This document shows, piece by piece, positions 1 to 9,949 of a stretch of 64,000 bases of DNA. Position numbers and translations under genes: made by a program. The stretch comes from an uncultured Pseudomonadota bacterium. GTDB lineage: Bacteria; Pseudomonadota; Alphaproteobacteria; Rs-D84. Location: the NCBI GenBank assembly GCA_902771095.1, contig CACXVH010000001.1, positions 12,197 through 76,196 on the forward strand, read 5' to 3'. How positions within the stretch are numbered: position 1 is the stretch's first letter; each line of letters begins with the position of its first letter. The notes under the pieces are model-generated. The model saw only the letters and a list, made by a program, of their open reading frames with translations, ran no database searches and was not told the origin of the DNA.

Positions 1-13
1 GCCAAAATACACA

Positions 14-1525
14 TTGGAAGAATTAGAAGCGAAATTTCCCCCGCGTCAATTGAAAGAGGGCGCTTTTGTCACGCGTTTTGCACCAAGTCCAACGGGTTTT
101 ATGCATATTGGAAATTTGTATGGTGCATTGATTGATTATAAATTGGCACAACAATCAGGTGGTGTTTTTATGTTGCGTATCGAAGATACTGATACAAAAC
201 GCGAAGTAAGTGGTGTGGTTGAGGTTGTTAAAAACGCAATGGCTAATTTTGGTTTCAAATATAATAACGATGAAAAATATGGTCCATATTATCAATCAAA
301 ACGCAAAGATATTTATCATAGTGTCGCTGCATATTTATTGGAAAAAGGTCTGGCATACCCTTGCTTTTTAAAAGCCGAAGAGATGGATGAAATTCGTAAA
401 AAACAAACATCTGCTGGTTTTGCCACCGGTATTTACGGCGAATGGGCAAGGGACAGAAATTTAACAGATGATGAAATAATTGCGCATCTTGATAATGGCG
501 AAGTTCCATCGATTCGTTTATATTCAAATGGAAATCCAGAAAACAGAATTTATTGTAAAGATTCGGTGCGTGGTTCTATATCTTTTCCAGAAAATAATGA
601 AGATTTGGTGTTGATAAAATCTAATGATGGTTTGCCAACTTATCATTTTGCGCATCTTGTTGATGACCATTTTATGCGAACAACACATGTGGTGCGTGGT
701 GAAGAATGGTTGCCATCATTACCTTTGCATTATCAGTTGTTCCGCACAATGGGTTGGACACCACCGCTTTATATACATACATCTACATTGGATAAAATCG
801 ATTCGGAAACGGGCAAGCAGCGCAAGATGTCTAAACGCAAAGATCCCGAATGTAATGTTGATTTCTTTTTACAAGAAGGTTGGCCGACCGAATCAGTAAT
901 TGAATATTTGGGAAATATTTTGGCATCTGGTTACGAAGATGCCAAGATGAAAGGCGCGGTTAAAAATTATTGGGAATATGAAATGAAGCCGAAAAAGATT
1001 CCTATGTCGGGGGCTTTGTTTGATATGAAGAAATTAGAATGGTGGGCCAAAGAATATATCGCGACTATGTCTGTCCCCGATTTAGTAAAATCTGTTGTTG
1101 ATTGGGCGGGTGTTTATGGAAACGATGATAATAAAAAACAGGTTGAAAATATTGATTATTTAACATCTATATTATCTATTGAACGTGATAATCCAAAACG
1201 CATTCGTAAAGATTTCATTACTTGGCAGCAAACATTAAAAGAGATTGCGCCGTTCTTTGATTTCTTGTTTACACCAAATCGCGAATATGAATATAACATT
1301 GATGCTTTGCGTGAATTTTTGGCTGGCTTTAATGAATCAGATGATAAAGATTCTTGGTGGCAAAAAATCGTGTATACGGCGGAAAAACTGGGGTTAAAGC
1401 CAGGCGAGGTTGCAATGAATTTGCGTGTCGCAATGTTGGGTCGCACGAACACACCAGATTTATATTCTGTTATGCAGGTCTTGGGTGGCAAACGTGTTCG
1501 TGATAGAATCAGCATGATTATTTAA
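14..1525 (+). CDS. gltX: Glutamate--tRNA ligase (GluRS)
   Basis: 503 aa. Class I HIGH-type motif FMHIGN near the N-terminus and a KMSKR (KMSKS-type) motif; overall GluRS/GluQRS architecture. Confidence 0.9.
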   Translation: MEELEAKFPPRQLKEGAFVTRFAPSPTGFMHIGNLYGALIDYKLAQQSGGVFMLRIEDTDTKREVSGVVEVVKNAMANFGFKYNNDEKYGPYYQSKRKDIYHSVAAYLLEKGLAYPCFLKAEEMDEIRKKQTSAGFATGIYGEWARDRNLTDDEIIAHLDNGEVPSIRLYSNGNPENRIYCKDSVRGSISFPENNEDLVLIKSNDGLPTYHFAHLVDDHFMRTTHVVRGEEWLPSLPLHYQLFRTMGWTPPLYIHTSTLDKIDSETGKQRKMSKRKDPECNVDFFLQEGWPTESVIEYLGNILASGYEDAKMKGAVKNYWEYEMKPKKIPMSGALFDMKKLEWWAKEYIATMSVPDLVKSVVDWAGVYGNDDNKKQVENIDYLTSILSIERDNPKRIRKDFITWQQTLKEIAPFFDFLFTPNREYEYNIDALREFLAGFNESDDKDSWWQKIVYTAEKLGLKPGEVAMNLRVAMLGRTNTPDLYSVMQVLGGKRVRDRISMII

Positions 1526-1541
1526 TGAAAAGGAAAGGGAA

Positions 1542-2318
1542 ATGGTAAAAAATAAAAAGATAGTAAAACAAAAATTGCGTGCGGTTAAAAAGGATAAACA
1601 CGCATATGGTTTGTTGAAGTTATTACAGGCCACGGGACTTTTCCGTTGGGAACGTCCATCCACTAAATCCGAAGAAGTTTTAAATATTTTAACACATGGA
1701 ATAGGGATTGGTCTTGCCATGGCGGGATTGTGTTTATTGGTTGGCTGGGCTGTGTATTATCATAATGTTTGGGCGATTGTTGCATGCTCTATATTTGGGG
1801 TGACGATGTTTACGCTTTATTTTGGTTCAACCATGTGTCATGCAACAATTGGTGACAGGTGTGAATGTTTTTTCGAAGTGTGGGATTCAATCGCTATTTA
1901 TGCGCTGATTGCTGGGACTTATACACCATTTTTGTTGGTAAATCTAAATCGATGTGGACATACTGCATTGGGATGGACAATGTTTGGGATTCTTTGGGCG
2001 GTTGTTATTTTTGGCGCTGTTATGAAGATATCCAGTCCACATAAACAGCCAAAATGGATGGTTGCGCTTTATTTAATTATGGGCTGGGCGCTGCTTTTCA
2101 TATTGCCTGCGATGATAGAAACTATATCAGCGCGTGGAATGTGGTTCGTTTTGGCGGGTGGTTTATCTTATTCAATTGGTGTAATCTTTTATTTATGGCG
2201 GCGTCTTAAATTTGCACATGCACTTTGGCATTTGTTCGTAATTGGGGGTAGTGTGTGTTTCTTTTTCGCAGTGCTTTATGGGTCAATAATTGACTTTGCA
2301 CAAAAGTGTATAAGATAG
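1542..2318 (+). CDS. Hemolysin-III / PAQR family 7-TM membrane protein
   Basis: 258 aa with about 7 predicted TM helices. N-terminal EEVLNILTHGIG motif resembles the Hly-III family signature (ExxNxxTHxxG). The first ~40 residues are basic and may precede the true start. Confidence 0.7.
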   Translation: MVKNKKIVKQKLRAVKKDKHAYGLLKLLQATGLFRWERPSTKSEEVLNILTHGIGIGLAMAGLCLLVGWAVYYHNVWAIVACSIFGVTMFTLYFGSTMCHATIGDRCECFFEVWDSIAIYALIAGTYTPFLLVNLNRCGHTALGWTMFGILWAVVIFGAVMKISSPHKQPKWMVALYLIMGWALLFILPAMIETISARGMWFVLAGGLSYSIGVIFYLWRRLKFAHALWHLFVIGGSVCFFFAVLYGSIIDFAQKCIR

Positions 2319-2343
2319 AAAAACCGCCGTATGGCAGTTTTTT

Positions 2344-3669
2344 TTAATCAAATGGATTTGCGTCTTTTTTATATTCAATTATTATCGGTAAATGTTCCAG
2401 ATGCAGGGCATTTGCAATTCCACGGCGCAGATATCGTGTATAAGATTCTGGGATATCAGATGCGCCACCAACATTGATTGTGAATTTAATTGGGTGATGC
2501 CCCGTTTGGCGTGCAAACTTAATCTTCATCGGTCGTTTAAGGCGCGACATTGGTGGTTGACGGTCCGCAACCAATTTTTCAACAATTCTGTTAATCAAGC
2601 TGGTTGGGGTGTCTGTTTTTGAAATATCCCATTGTTCATAAATTCTTTTAAATAAATTTTGAACACCGGTTCCTTTTTCCGCAGATATCGCCAAAATCAT
2701 CGGCTTTATAATCTGATGAAAAGAATTAGTAAATTGATGTTTTAATTTTAATAATTTTTCATCCCGCTCTAATGGCTCAACCAAATCCCATTTATTAAGT
2801 GCAACACATAAAATTTTCCCCGCGTCATATACGCGCGCCGCAATTGATAATGCCTGGTTTTCAATGTTTTTTGTGGCATCGACTATTAAAATTACAATGT
2901 CCGATTTTTCAATTGCGTCCAATGATTTTAATGCAGACAAAGTTTCCACATCATCTGTCACACCCGCTTTGCGCCGCAGTCCCGCCGTATCCATTAATAT
3001 GATATCGCGACCATAAAAGTGTGTTGGTATTTTCACAGTATCGCGTGTGATGCCCGGGGCATCCATAACAATTTGTCGATTTTCACCCAAAACACGATTT
3101 ACAAATGTAGATTTTCCAACATTAGGTTGACCCAAAACTGCAATTTTTATTTTTGAATCATTTTCGCTGTATACGGCAGATTCTGTCGTATACAGCCCGT
3201 CAATAAATTCGTAAATTGTATCAAATCCGCGTTTGTGTTCTGCAGATATCAAAATTGGTTCACCAAATCCGAGTTTGTAAAAATCGTGTATATCAGCCAA
3301 TCTTTTTGTTGATTCAGATTTGTTGATTAAAAGTAGGGCAGGTGCCTTTGATTTTTTATGAACCAATTTTGCCCATTCAATATCCATTGGTGAAAGTCCC
3401 ACGCGACCATCGACAACAAATAAAATTGCATCCGCCGTTTCAATCGCATTTATTGCCATATCGGTTGAATTATGTGCGATACCTGTTTTTGCATTTTCAA
3501 GACCCGCGGTGTCAAATACCACCCATGGGCGATTTGGCATATTGCCAGAAATTGTATCGCGTGTGACACCAGGGCGGTCGTGAACCAGCGCGTCCCGCGA
3601 ATTAGTCAAGCCATTAAACAATGTCGATTTACCAGTATTTGGGCGACCGACAATAACCAATTTTTTCAT
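2344..3669 (-). CDS. der: Ribosome-associated GTPase Der (EngA)
   Basis: Two tandem GTPase domains (GRPNTGKSTLFN ... DTAG and GQPNVGKSTFVN ... DTAG) followed by a KH-like C-terminus. The 602-aa ORF in the track is spurious upstream read-through. The true start is the internal MKKLVIVG (ATG ending at 3669) or MEKNMKK (ATG ending at 3681). Confidence 0.9.
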   Translation of the reverse strand: MKKLVIVGRPNTGKSTLFNGLTNSRDALVHDRPGVTRDTISGNMPNRPWVVFDTAGLENAKTGIAHNSTDMAINAIETADAILFVVDGRVGLSPMDIEWAKLVHKKSKAPALLLINKSESTKRLADIHDFYKLGFGEPILISAEHKRGFDTIYEFIDGLYTTESAVYSENDSKIKIAVLGQPNVGKSTFVNRVLGENRQIVMDAPGITRDTVKIPTHFYGRDIILMDTAGLRRKAGVTDDVETLSALKSLDAIEKSDIVILIVDATKNIENQALSIAARVYDAGKILCVALNKWDLVEPLERDEKLLKLKHQFTNSFHQIIKPMILAISAEKGTGVQNLFKRIYEQWDISKTDTPTSLINRIVEKLVADRQPPMSRLKRPMKIKFARQTGHHPIKFTINVGGASDIPESYTRYLRRGIANALHLEHLPIIIEYKKDANPFD

Positions 3670-3739
3670 ATTTTTTTCCATTGATTTTTTATAATTATAA
3701 AGCAAAAATATAAATAAGCAAATATCCAGGGGGCGAAAA

Positions 3740-4381
3740 ATGAAATTAAGAAGAAATCCTAGAACTTTGAAACCGGCAAAACCCACAAAAATTAAAAAAA
3801 GGGGTTGGTTGGCTAAATTGACAGATATATTTTTTAAGCCCAAATACTTTTTTTCCCGCATTGTCGCAGACGGCAAAATGGAAGATGCGATATTAAAGGC
3901 ATTTCTTTGGGGCTTGGTTGGTGGAATAGTTGTTTTGATTTTGAATCTGGTTCGTGGGGATGCGTTTACAATATTTTCTTTGTTCCGTACATTGATTGGT
4001 TTCCCTGTGTTGGCGGTTATTTTATTGTTCGTGTTTGCTGGGTTGATGATGTTGGTATCCGAAGTGACAGGTGGCGATAGGGACTGGGAAATCGCGGTCA
4101 AAGGGATTGCATCTATGTTTTTTATATATCCACTTGCATTGATTTTGAACACATTGGCATTTAATTGTACATCTATGTGGTTGATAAGTGTGATTGTCGA
4201 TTCATATATGCTATTTTTGCTTTATAATATCGCAGTGTATTGTCTGCATGGGAAAAAGGTTAGTGTCCTTTTTGTTTTGATGGTATGCGCAATATTTTTG
4301 GCATGCCTTTATATGTCAGATTATCGAAATGTTTGGTTCATGGCAAAGAACATCCCCGCTACAATGACATGTTTGGGGTAA
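3740..4381 (+). CDS. Hypothetical polytopic membrane protein (Yip1-like topology)
   Basis: 213 aa. Basic N-terminal tail, then about 5 hydrophobic helices. No catalytic motif recognised. Confidence 0.4.
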   Translation: MKLRRNPRTLKPAKPTKIKKRGWLAKLTDIFFKPKYFFSRIVADGKMEDAILKAFLWGLVGGIVVLILNLVRGDAFTIFSLFRTLIGFPVLAVILLFVFAGLMMLVSEVTGGDRDWEIAVKGIASMFFIYPLALILNTLAFNCTSMWLISVIVDSYMLFLLYNIAVYCLHGKKVSVLFVLMVCAIFLACLYMSDYRNVWFMAKNIPATMTCLG

Positions 4382-4395
4382 TTGACTAATTTAGT

Positions 4396-4424
4396 AAAAA
4401 AACCGGCATTCGCCGGTTTTTTGT
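4396..4424. terminator. Bidirectional rho-independent terminator
   Basis: Perfect hairpin ACCGGC-ATTC-GCCGGT followed by a T6 run. It sits between convergent genes (3740..4381 + and 4438..5043 -). Confidence 0.8.
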
Positions 4425-4437
4425 TGATATATTTTCT

Positions 4438-5043
4438 TTACCATGTTGGGGCGTGGGTGCCTTCTTTGATAATTGGCTGTTCATCTTCCCAAACTGAAAG
4501 TCCTGTTTTCAAATCCGTTAATGTTAATTGTAAATAATATTCTACGCGTGTATCAACAGATGAAAACCAGCCCGAATCCAATTTTAAATTTCTTTGCAAC
4601 ATTTTTCCAGATAATGACATGTTCGGTGCAACCAATGTTCCGGTCTTTGCAATGGTTTCTTGGTCGTATTCTGCGTTTGTGCGCATGCTGCGCATTTTTT
4701 CTGTTGTTGTATCTTCGCCAGAGAAATTAGTTGCAATTTGTGCTGTGCCAGATTTCAACAATGTAGTTCTGATTTTTTTAATCAAAACATCTGTATCAAA
4801 TCTTTGTTGGGTATCGTTCACAATCGGACCCATCGCAATTACTGGATTTTGAACCCGACGAAAAGCATTGCTTTTTAACATCGATTCGGTCATCGTTTCT
4901 GCGGTCTTGGTCCAATCGCGATATTCCAATTCCATCACATCTTGCATTGCGGCAACTTCTTTTTCGTTGTTTAAATCAACAACGCGTGTTCCGCCGCATG
5001 CGCAAAGTGTAAGCATCAATGCAACAGGTATCATTTTTTTCAT
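4438..5043 (-). CDS. Lipoprotein, LpoB-like (possible penicillin-binding protein activator)
   Basis: 201 aa. Signal peptide with lipobox LTLCAC|GG. Size and the central conserved block (AMGPIVNDTQQ) resemble LpoB-family lipoproteins. Last gene of an operon with the two upstream genes (12 bp gap). Confidence 0.45.
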   Translation of the reverse strand: MKKMIPVALMLTLCACGGTRVVDLNNEKEVAAMQDVMELEYRDWTKTAETMTESMLKSNAFRRVQNPVIAMGPIVNDTQQRFDTDVLIKKIRTTLLKSGTAQIATNFSGEDTTTEKMRSMRTNAEYDQETIAKTGTLVAPNMSLSGKMLQRNLKLDSGWFSSVDTRVEYYLQLTLTDLKTGLSVWEDEQPIIKEGTHAPTW

Positions 5044-5055
5044 ATTTTTTCTCCT

Positions 5056-6237
5056 TTATTTCAGGTTGATTTGTTTGTTGTCTGTTATTCTACCATTTAT
5101 TATTCGTGTGTAAATTAAATTATTTTTCAAAGTGCCTGATTCGTTTTTACGAATTACATATATATATTTTGGTAATGTTGCCCATGTCCGAACATCTGTG
5201 TTTGATGAAGCAACTGTATAAATAGATGAAAGTATCCCAAGTATTGGTGCAGAATCACTGCCGGAATTGTACATGGTTGCTTGTAATGTTGCTTTGCTGG
5301 CCGCAGAAGTAAAAGAACGCAACACTTCATTTGTTTGATATTCGCGGTATTCTGTCATAAACATTGCGTCTACATTAGCCAGCAGTTGTGCATTTTGTGG
5401 TGCGCCAAAATCGTCATTCAAGTAAGGTTCAGAAAAAGAAAAATACACCATACCGATATTTGGTAAAAATATTCCTGCATTTTGTTCGCGAAGACGCGGC
5501 GCAAAACCAGAATCAATAAATTGCCAGGTTGTGTTTTTAGGTGCGATTCTTTTTTGCGCCATTTCAAGGTCTTGTTTAATAAAAGTGTTTTCTGGCATCA
5601 TACCATTTGCGCGTTTAAGGTATGTTATCGCGTTATCAAAATCACCATCGTTCAAAAAATATATTCCAGATAGATACATCAATGCTGGATTCATAATATC
5701 AGTGAACGCCACCCAATCGGCTGTGTTTTTATCAATAATTTCATTTAATTCCGAATTTTCCGAAATTTTATTTTTGTTTTCTTCTATCATTTTTTTGTAT
5801 TCAATCGACATATTCTGCTGACGCGCATAAGATTGATTTATAACCACGCGCGCGTTTGCCCAATCGGACAGCGCCAACAAATCCCATATCTGATAATAAG
5901 ATACAAAAAGCGAATCCATCATATACGGCTTATAAGAATTAACACCGCCACCAAGTAAAAGTCCGGTGGCTTCGCGGGAAATCGATGAAGAAGTTTCGCT
6001 TAGATTTCTTTTATTAAATTCTTCAAATTCTGCATCGCTTTCTTTGTATTTATCGGCATGAAATAGGGCGATACCATTTATTAACAAATCAAGATTGTTT
6101 TGTTCTGTCACATTTTTTTCAGATGCTTCAAAATTACCATTTGCAAAATTGTTTTGAATATTATTTAAATACGATTCTGTTGTTGATGCACATGCACCAA
6201 GAAATAAAAACAAACAAAAGCAAATTATTTTACGCAT
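5056..6237 (-). CDS. Hypothetical lipoprotein
   Basis: 393 aa. Lipoprotein signal LFLGAC|AS. Predicted soluble helical/TPR-like domain with no recognised motif. The gap to the upstream T4CP gene is 3 bp. Confidence 0.4.
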   Translation of the reverse strand: MRKIICFCLFLFLGACASTTESYLNNIQNNFANGNFEASEKNVTEQNNLDLLINGIALFHADKYKESDAEFEEFNKRNLSETSSSISREATGLLLGGGVNSYKPYMMDSLFVSYYQIWDLLALSDWANARVVINQSYARQQNMSIEYKKMIEENKNKISENSELNEIIDKNTADWVAFTDIMNPALMYLSGIYFLNDGDFDNAITYLKRANGMMPENTFIKQDLEMAQKRIAPKNTTWQFIDSGFAPRLREQNAGIFLPNIGMVYFSFSEPYLNDDFGAPQNAQLLANVDAMFMTEYREYQTNEVLRSFTSAASKATLQATMYNSGSDSAPILGILSSIYTVASSNTDVRTWATLPKYIYVIRKNESGTLKNNLIYTRIINGRITDNKQINLK

Positions 6238-6240
6238 ATT

Positions 6241-8511
6241 TTAATGCAATGGTTCCAAGATTTTTATTTCATTAGTATTTGGATTCAAAACGCATGGTGT
6301 CCCAGAATAACCCATAATTGCGTGATGAGATGGAATTAAAAATTCTGGTAATGGCGATGCTTCACCCATTGTAACTTTTTCGTACAATTTTTTCTCGATA
6401 TCTGTTTTGTTCAAGAACCATCTTTCTTGATCTGCTTCAATTGGACGATGATACCAACCCTGGTAAATAACGAGTTGTTTACCAGTTTTTAATCGCATTA
6501 TTTCGTATTCGCTGAATATGGGTTCTTCTTTTGGTTTTTTGACTTCTTTACCATCTTCACCTTTTTCAATTTTTTCTGTTTTTTTCATGCCCATCATTTC
6601 AGAAAATCTTTTTGCTGTTTCTGGGTCGTTTTGTCGCAAAACAATTTTTGCCGCGGTTGTAGATATAATCGTATCAGCCGCATCGGCACCGTATTTTTCA
6701 CGAATTTGATGGATATCTTGACCAATTATTAAATAAGACACATTACATCCACGCCCCAAATCTGGTCCCTGGATAACAGCATCCAGTTTTTGCATTTTTG
6801 GCATTTCATCCAACACGAATAACACAGGGCAAGGTCCCATTTTTATTCCGTCTATGGTTTGATTAATATTGTGTGCCAATAAATAACTGGACATCAATTC
6901 AATAAATATTGCGGTAATCGGATTTAATGCCTGGGCATCAACCATATTGATTGATAAGTAAACAGTTACAGGTTTAAATTGACCATCCCTTGGATCAAGC
7001 ATTCCGCGTAAATCAGAAAAATGAAAATCAGAGTGAGATGTTCTGTTTCGAACAGCGGCATTACGGAATATTGCCAAACCTTCAACCATTGTTGAAAGTA
7101 TAGAACCACGTTCTTTATCTGGTGTGTTCGCCAATTGTGTTAATTCAGAAACCGCACGATGTGCGTATGCATAACGGCGCGCTTCTTCGACAGCATTTAA
7201 TAAAACATCTTTCATCGGGTCTGCCATCATAACCATTTGATCGCCCTGGCGTCTGCGTTCTTCCATTTCTTCGGCAATCGCAACCTGGCTTGATGTCAAC
7301 CAATCAAGTATCATTGCAAAAGATGCCTCACGCCCATGCCATGAATCAGGTATGTTTGCCCATGTCCCAACATGAACATAATTCGTTGTGTTTAATTCGC
7401 CGCGTTGCAACATTGAATAGGCAGCATATGCATTTGGATCGTTCATCATTGATAAATAATAATCGCCCAAAAGTGCGGCATCATCCTTGCTTAGTGTGCC
7501 ACTGTTTATGCGGGAATAGAAATAATCGTCTGCCTTGGCGCGTTCTATCTTTGATACGATAAAATTTACCAATCCTGATAATCCGGCGCGTCCAGTATTC
7601 GCCCAGTGTGGGTCTGCATTTGCGCCCTTGCTGTCTGGAACCAAAACCTTGGCCATAGAATCAATATACAAATCGCGCTGTTCCGGATTATAAGGAAGAT
7701 GTTCTGGTGATAATGGATTCCATGATGGATAATATATCCCGCGTGCCGGGTCATCTTGCCCCGCCCAATTCATAATAAACACAGGTCCCACCGTCGAACG
7801 ATACCCAGATGTCAACTGTTTTAATTCTGGTTTTGGGTCATTAATAATCATTGAAACTGTATCGCAATCAAGAATTGTTGGTATTACAACACCGGCGGTT
7901 TTACCAGTTCCTGGAGGTGCCACACACAAAGTAGATAATGCTTCATCAAACATCAATGGTTTGTTTTCACCTTTGTATTTAAAGTATCCCAATACCATCA
8001 TAAAACCATTGAAAAGCCCTTCTTTGTTTTTAAAGTTTGTTCCCATCTTTTTTATATCATCAGCATTTGCCTTGCGCGCAGATTTTTCATCATAGTTATC
8101 TTTGCCGGCAGGATTAAATTCTGATTTTAATGTATCGTCTGCCAAGAAATAATATACAATTACAGGTATCAGTGGTGTCACACATGCAAAATCTGGGTTA
8201 TGAACAGTCCGTGATAACCAATACGGAATTTCCGCGATAACAGACATCCCCAATGTTGAAAACATATTTTTTATATACAGCCAAACCCAATGTGCAGATG
8301 CGGGGCCCCATCCATAACGCCACACATGTTCAACCGCAAAAGATAATCCAAAAGCAAAGGCGCATATCAACCACACCCCGATATTCCATCGGATGTTCCA
8401 AAATTTGCGCGCCACAGGTGCCTGTTCGTGTTCTTTGTATTTTGTTGAATCAAAGATACTTAAACCCTTGCCTGAACCACTGCCTGAGAAAAGGTTGAAC
8501 TTTATTTCCAT
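6241..8511 (-). CDS. Type IV secretion coupling protein, VirD4/TraG family (T4CP)
   Basis: 756 aa from the internal start MEIKF (the track ORF extends to 8580). N-terminal TM helices. Walker A VAPPGTGKTAGVVIPTILD matches the TraG/VirD4 pattern (APTRSGKGVGxVIPxLL). Walker B-like VLFVLDEMP and the LIIGQD motif are present. Length is typical of T4CPs. Confidence 0.7.
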   Translation of the reverse strand: MEIKFNLFSGSGSGKGLSIFDSTKYKEHEQAPVARKFWNIRWNIGVWLICAFAFGLSFAVEHVWRYGWGPASAHWVWLYIKNMFSTLGMSVIAEIPYWLSRTVHNPDFACVTPLIPVIVYYFLADDTLKSEFNPAGKDNYDEKSARKANADDIKKMGTNFKNKEGLFNGFMMVLGYFKYKGENKPLMFDEALSTLCVAPPGTGKTAGVVIPTILDCDTVSMIINDPKPELKQLTSGYRSTVGPVFIMNWAGQDDPARGIYYPSWNPLSPEHLPYNPEQRDLYIDSMAKVLVPDSKGANADPHWANTGRAGLSGLVNFIVSKIERAKADDYFYSRINSGTLSKDDAALLGDYYLSMMNDPNAYAAYSMLQRGELNTTNYVHVGTWANIPDSWHGREASFAMILDWLTSSQVAIAEEMEERRRQGDQMVMMADPMKDVLLNAVEEARRYAYAHRAVSELTQLANTPDKERGSILSTMVEGLAIFRNAAVRNRTSHSDFHFSDLRGMLDPRDGQFKPVTVYLSINMVDAQALNPITAIFIELMSSYLLAHNINQTIDGIKMGPCPVLFVLDEMPKMQKLDAVIQGPDLGRGCNVSYLIIGQDIHQIREKYGADAADTIISTTAAKIVLRQNDPETAKRFSEMMGMKKTEKIEKGEDGKEVKKPKEEPIFSEYEIMRLKTGKQLVIYQGWYHRPIEADQERWFLNKTDIEKKLYEKVTMGEASPLPEFLIPSHHAIMGYSGTPCVLNPNTNEIKILEPLH

Positions 8512-8564
8512 GGTTGCTATTATATCACAAAAATAGAGATTTTTATAATATAAAAGATTAAAAA

Positions 8565-9224
8565 ATGCAAAATGTGCCAAGAATATATTTGAACGAAAAT
8601 TTGGAATCTGGAAAAAGTTTTCCGATTGATAAAGATGTTGTTCATTATCTGCGTCGTGTAATGCGGCGGGATAATTGTTTGGTCTTTAATAAAGGCATAG
8701 AATATACCGCCATACTAAGTGATGATAACAAAAGTATAATTATTGGTGAAAAAACGAATCGAATTGATCCATCCAATGATATTGTTTTTTATTTTGCACC
8801 AATTAAGAAAATAGATGAAATGTTAAATATGGTGACACAAATGGGGGTTGCGGTATTACAACCTGTGATAACCGAACGTACAGTTGCCAATCATATAAAT
8901 TGGGTGCGTCAGAAAAAAATTATTGTTGAAGCATCAGAACAATCGAATCGCAACAGTATCCCAGAATTAAGAGAACCAATTAAATTCGTTGATTTAGATT
9001 TAAAAAATTTAATTGTTGCAGATGAACGTTTTGCACACGAATTAAAAGTAGAAAAAAAACAAATAAAAACGAATCGCATTTTTGTTGGCCCCGAAGGGGG
9101 CTTTTCCCCGAAAGAATTTGAAAAAATGGATGTGGCAGGGGTTTGTAGTTTGTCTTTGGGTAAAACTATTTTGCGTGCCGAAGTGGCGGCTGTGGTTGCG
9201 ATATCAAAGGTGTTAAATAAATGA
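8565..9224 (+). CDS. rsmE: 16S rRNA (uracil1498-N3)-methyltransferase RsmE
   Basis: 219 aa. N-terminal PRIYL motif and C-terminal GPEGGFS ... ILR-AE-A block are characteristic of RsmE (SPOUT family). Confidence 0.85.
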   Translation: MQNVPRIYLNENLESGKSFPIDKDVVHYLRRVMRRDNCLVFNKGIEYTAILSDDNKSIIIGEKTNRIDPSNDIVFYFAPIKKIDEMLNMVTQMGVAVLQPVITERTVANHINWVRQKKIIVEASEQSNRNSIPELREPIKFVDLDLKNLIVADERFAHELKVEKKQIKTNRIFVGPEGGFSPKEFEKMDVAGVCSLSLGKTILRAEVAAVVAISKVLNK

Positions 9225-9919
9225 ATATCAGGTTGGCTAAATTTATTGCAGATAGTGGTGTTGCTTCACGGCGCATGGCAGAAGATTTAATTAAATCTGG
9301 TCGGGTGTCTGTTGACGATAAAGTGATAGATACACCTGTGTTTTTTGTTAATGGAAATGAAAAAATTTGTGTCGATGGAAAAATAATAAAAAAAGAATCG
9401 GGAACAAAATTGTATATATTTCATAAACCGATAAACACTGTGACTACAACGCGTGACCCCCAAAATCGAAGGACTATATATGATGTCCTGGCTAAACGAT
9501 ACAGAAATTTAAAATATATTGGTCGTCTTGATTATAAAACTACGGGACTTTTATTACTAACTAATGATGGCGATTTTGCGCGTAAAATGTCTTTGCCAGA
9601 AAATCAAATACCAAGAACTTATATTGCAAAGGTAAGTAGTTTTACCCAAAACGGTTTGGATGCTGCGCGTCGCGGTGTTGTTGTTGATGGAATTAAATAT
9701 CTTCCAATGAAAATAGAAGTAATAAGTCAACATGATTTAAAGATAACGGTGGTCGAAGGCAAAAAAAACGAAATCAGAATCGTTTTGAAACATGTTGGTT
9801 CGCCTGTGATTAAATTACATCGTGTGAAATATGGACCTGTAAAGTTGGGAAATTTGGAACCTGGAAAAATTTTAGAAGTGGATAAGAAAACTATTGACCT
9901 GATTTCCAAAAATTTCTAG
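9221..9919 (+). CDS. Ribosomal pseudouridine synthase with S4 domain (RsuA/RluB/RluF family)
   Basis: 232 aa. N-terminal S4 RNA-binding motif (RLAKFIADSGVASRR) and catalytic-Asp motif GRLDYKTTGLLLLTNDG. Start overlaps the rsmE stop (ATGA). Confidence 0.85.
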   Translation: MNIRLAKFIADSGVASRRMAEDLIKSGRVSVDDKVIDTPVFFVNGNEKICVDGKIIKKESGTKLYIFHKPINTVTTTRDPQNRRTIYDVLAKRYRNLKYIGRLDYKTTGLLLLTNDGDFARKMSLPENQIPRTYIAKVSSFTQNGLDAARRGVVVDGIKYLPMKIEVISQHDLKITVVEGKKNEIRIVLKHVGSPVIKLHRVKYGPVKLGNLEPGKILEVDKKTIDLISKNF

Positions 9920-9949
9920 AATCAAGAAAAAGGGAAGAGGGAGTTTTAC

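Noticed and set aside
2319-2350. Possible bidirectional terminator between the PAQR gene and der (ACCGCC-GTAT-GGCAGT followed by T8).
   Set aside because: The stem has a mismatch and is only 5-6 bp. It is plausible but weaker than the others, so it was not listed as a feature.
3670-4152. The 602-aa minus-strand ORF gives Der an apparent approximately 160-aa N-terminal extension with a hydrophobic segment.
   Set aside because: The GTPase G1 motif begins immediately after an internal Met preceded by an AT-rich RBS-like region. Der proteins are approximately 440-490 aa. The extension is low-complexity read-through of the intergenic region, so the start was placed at 3669 (or 3681).
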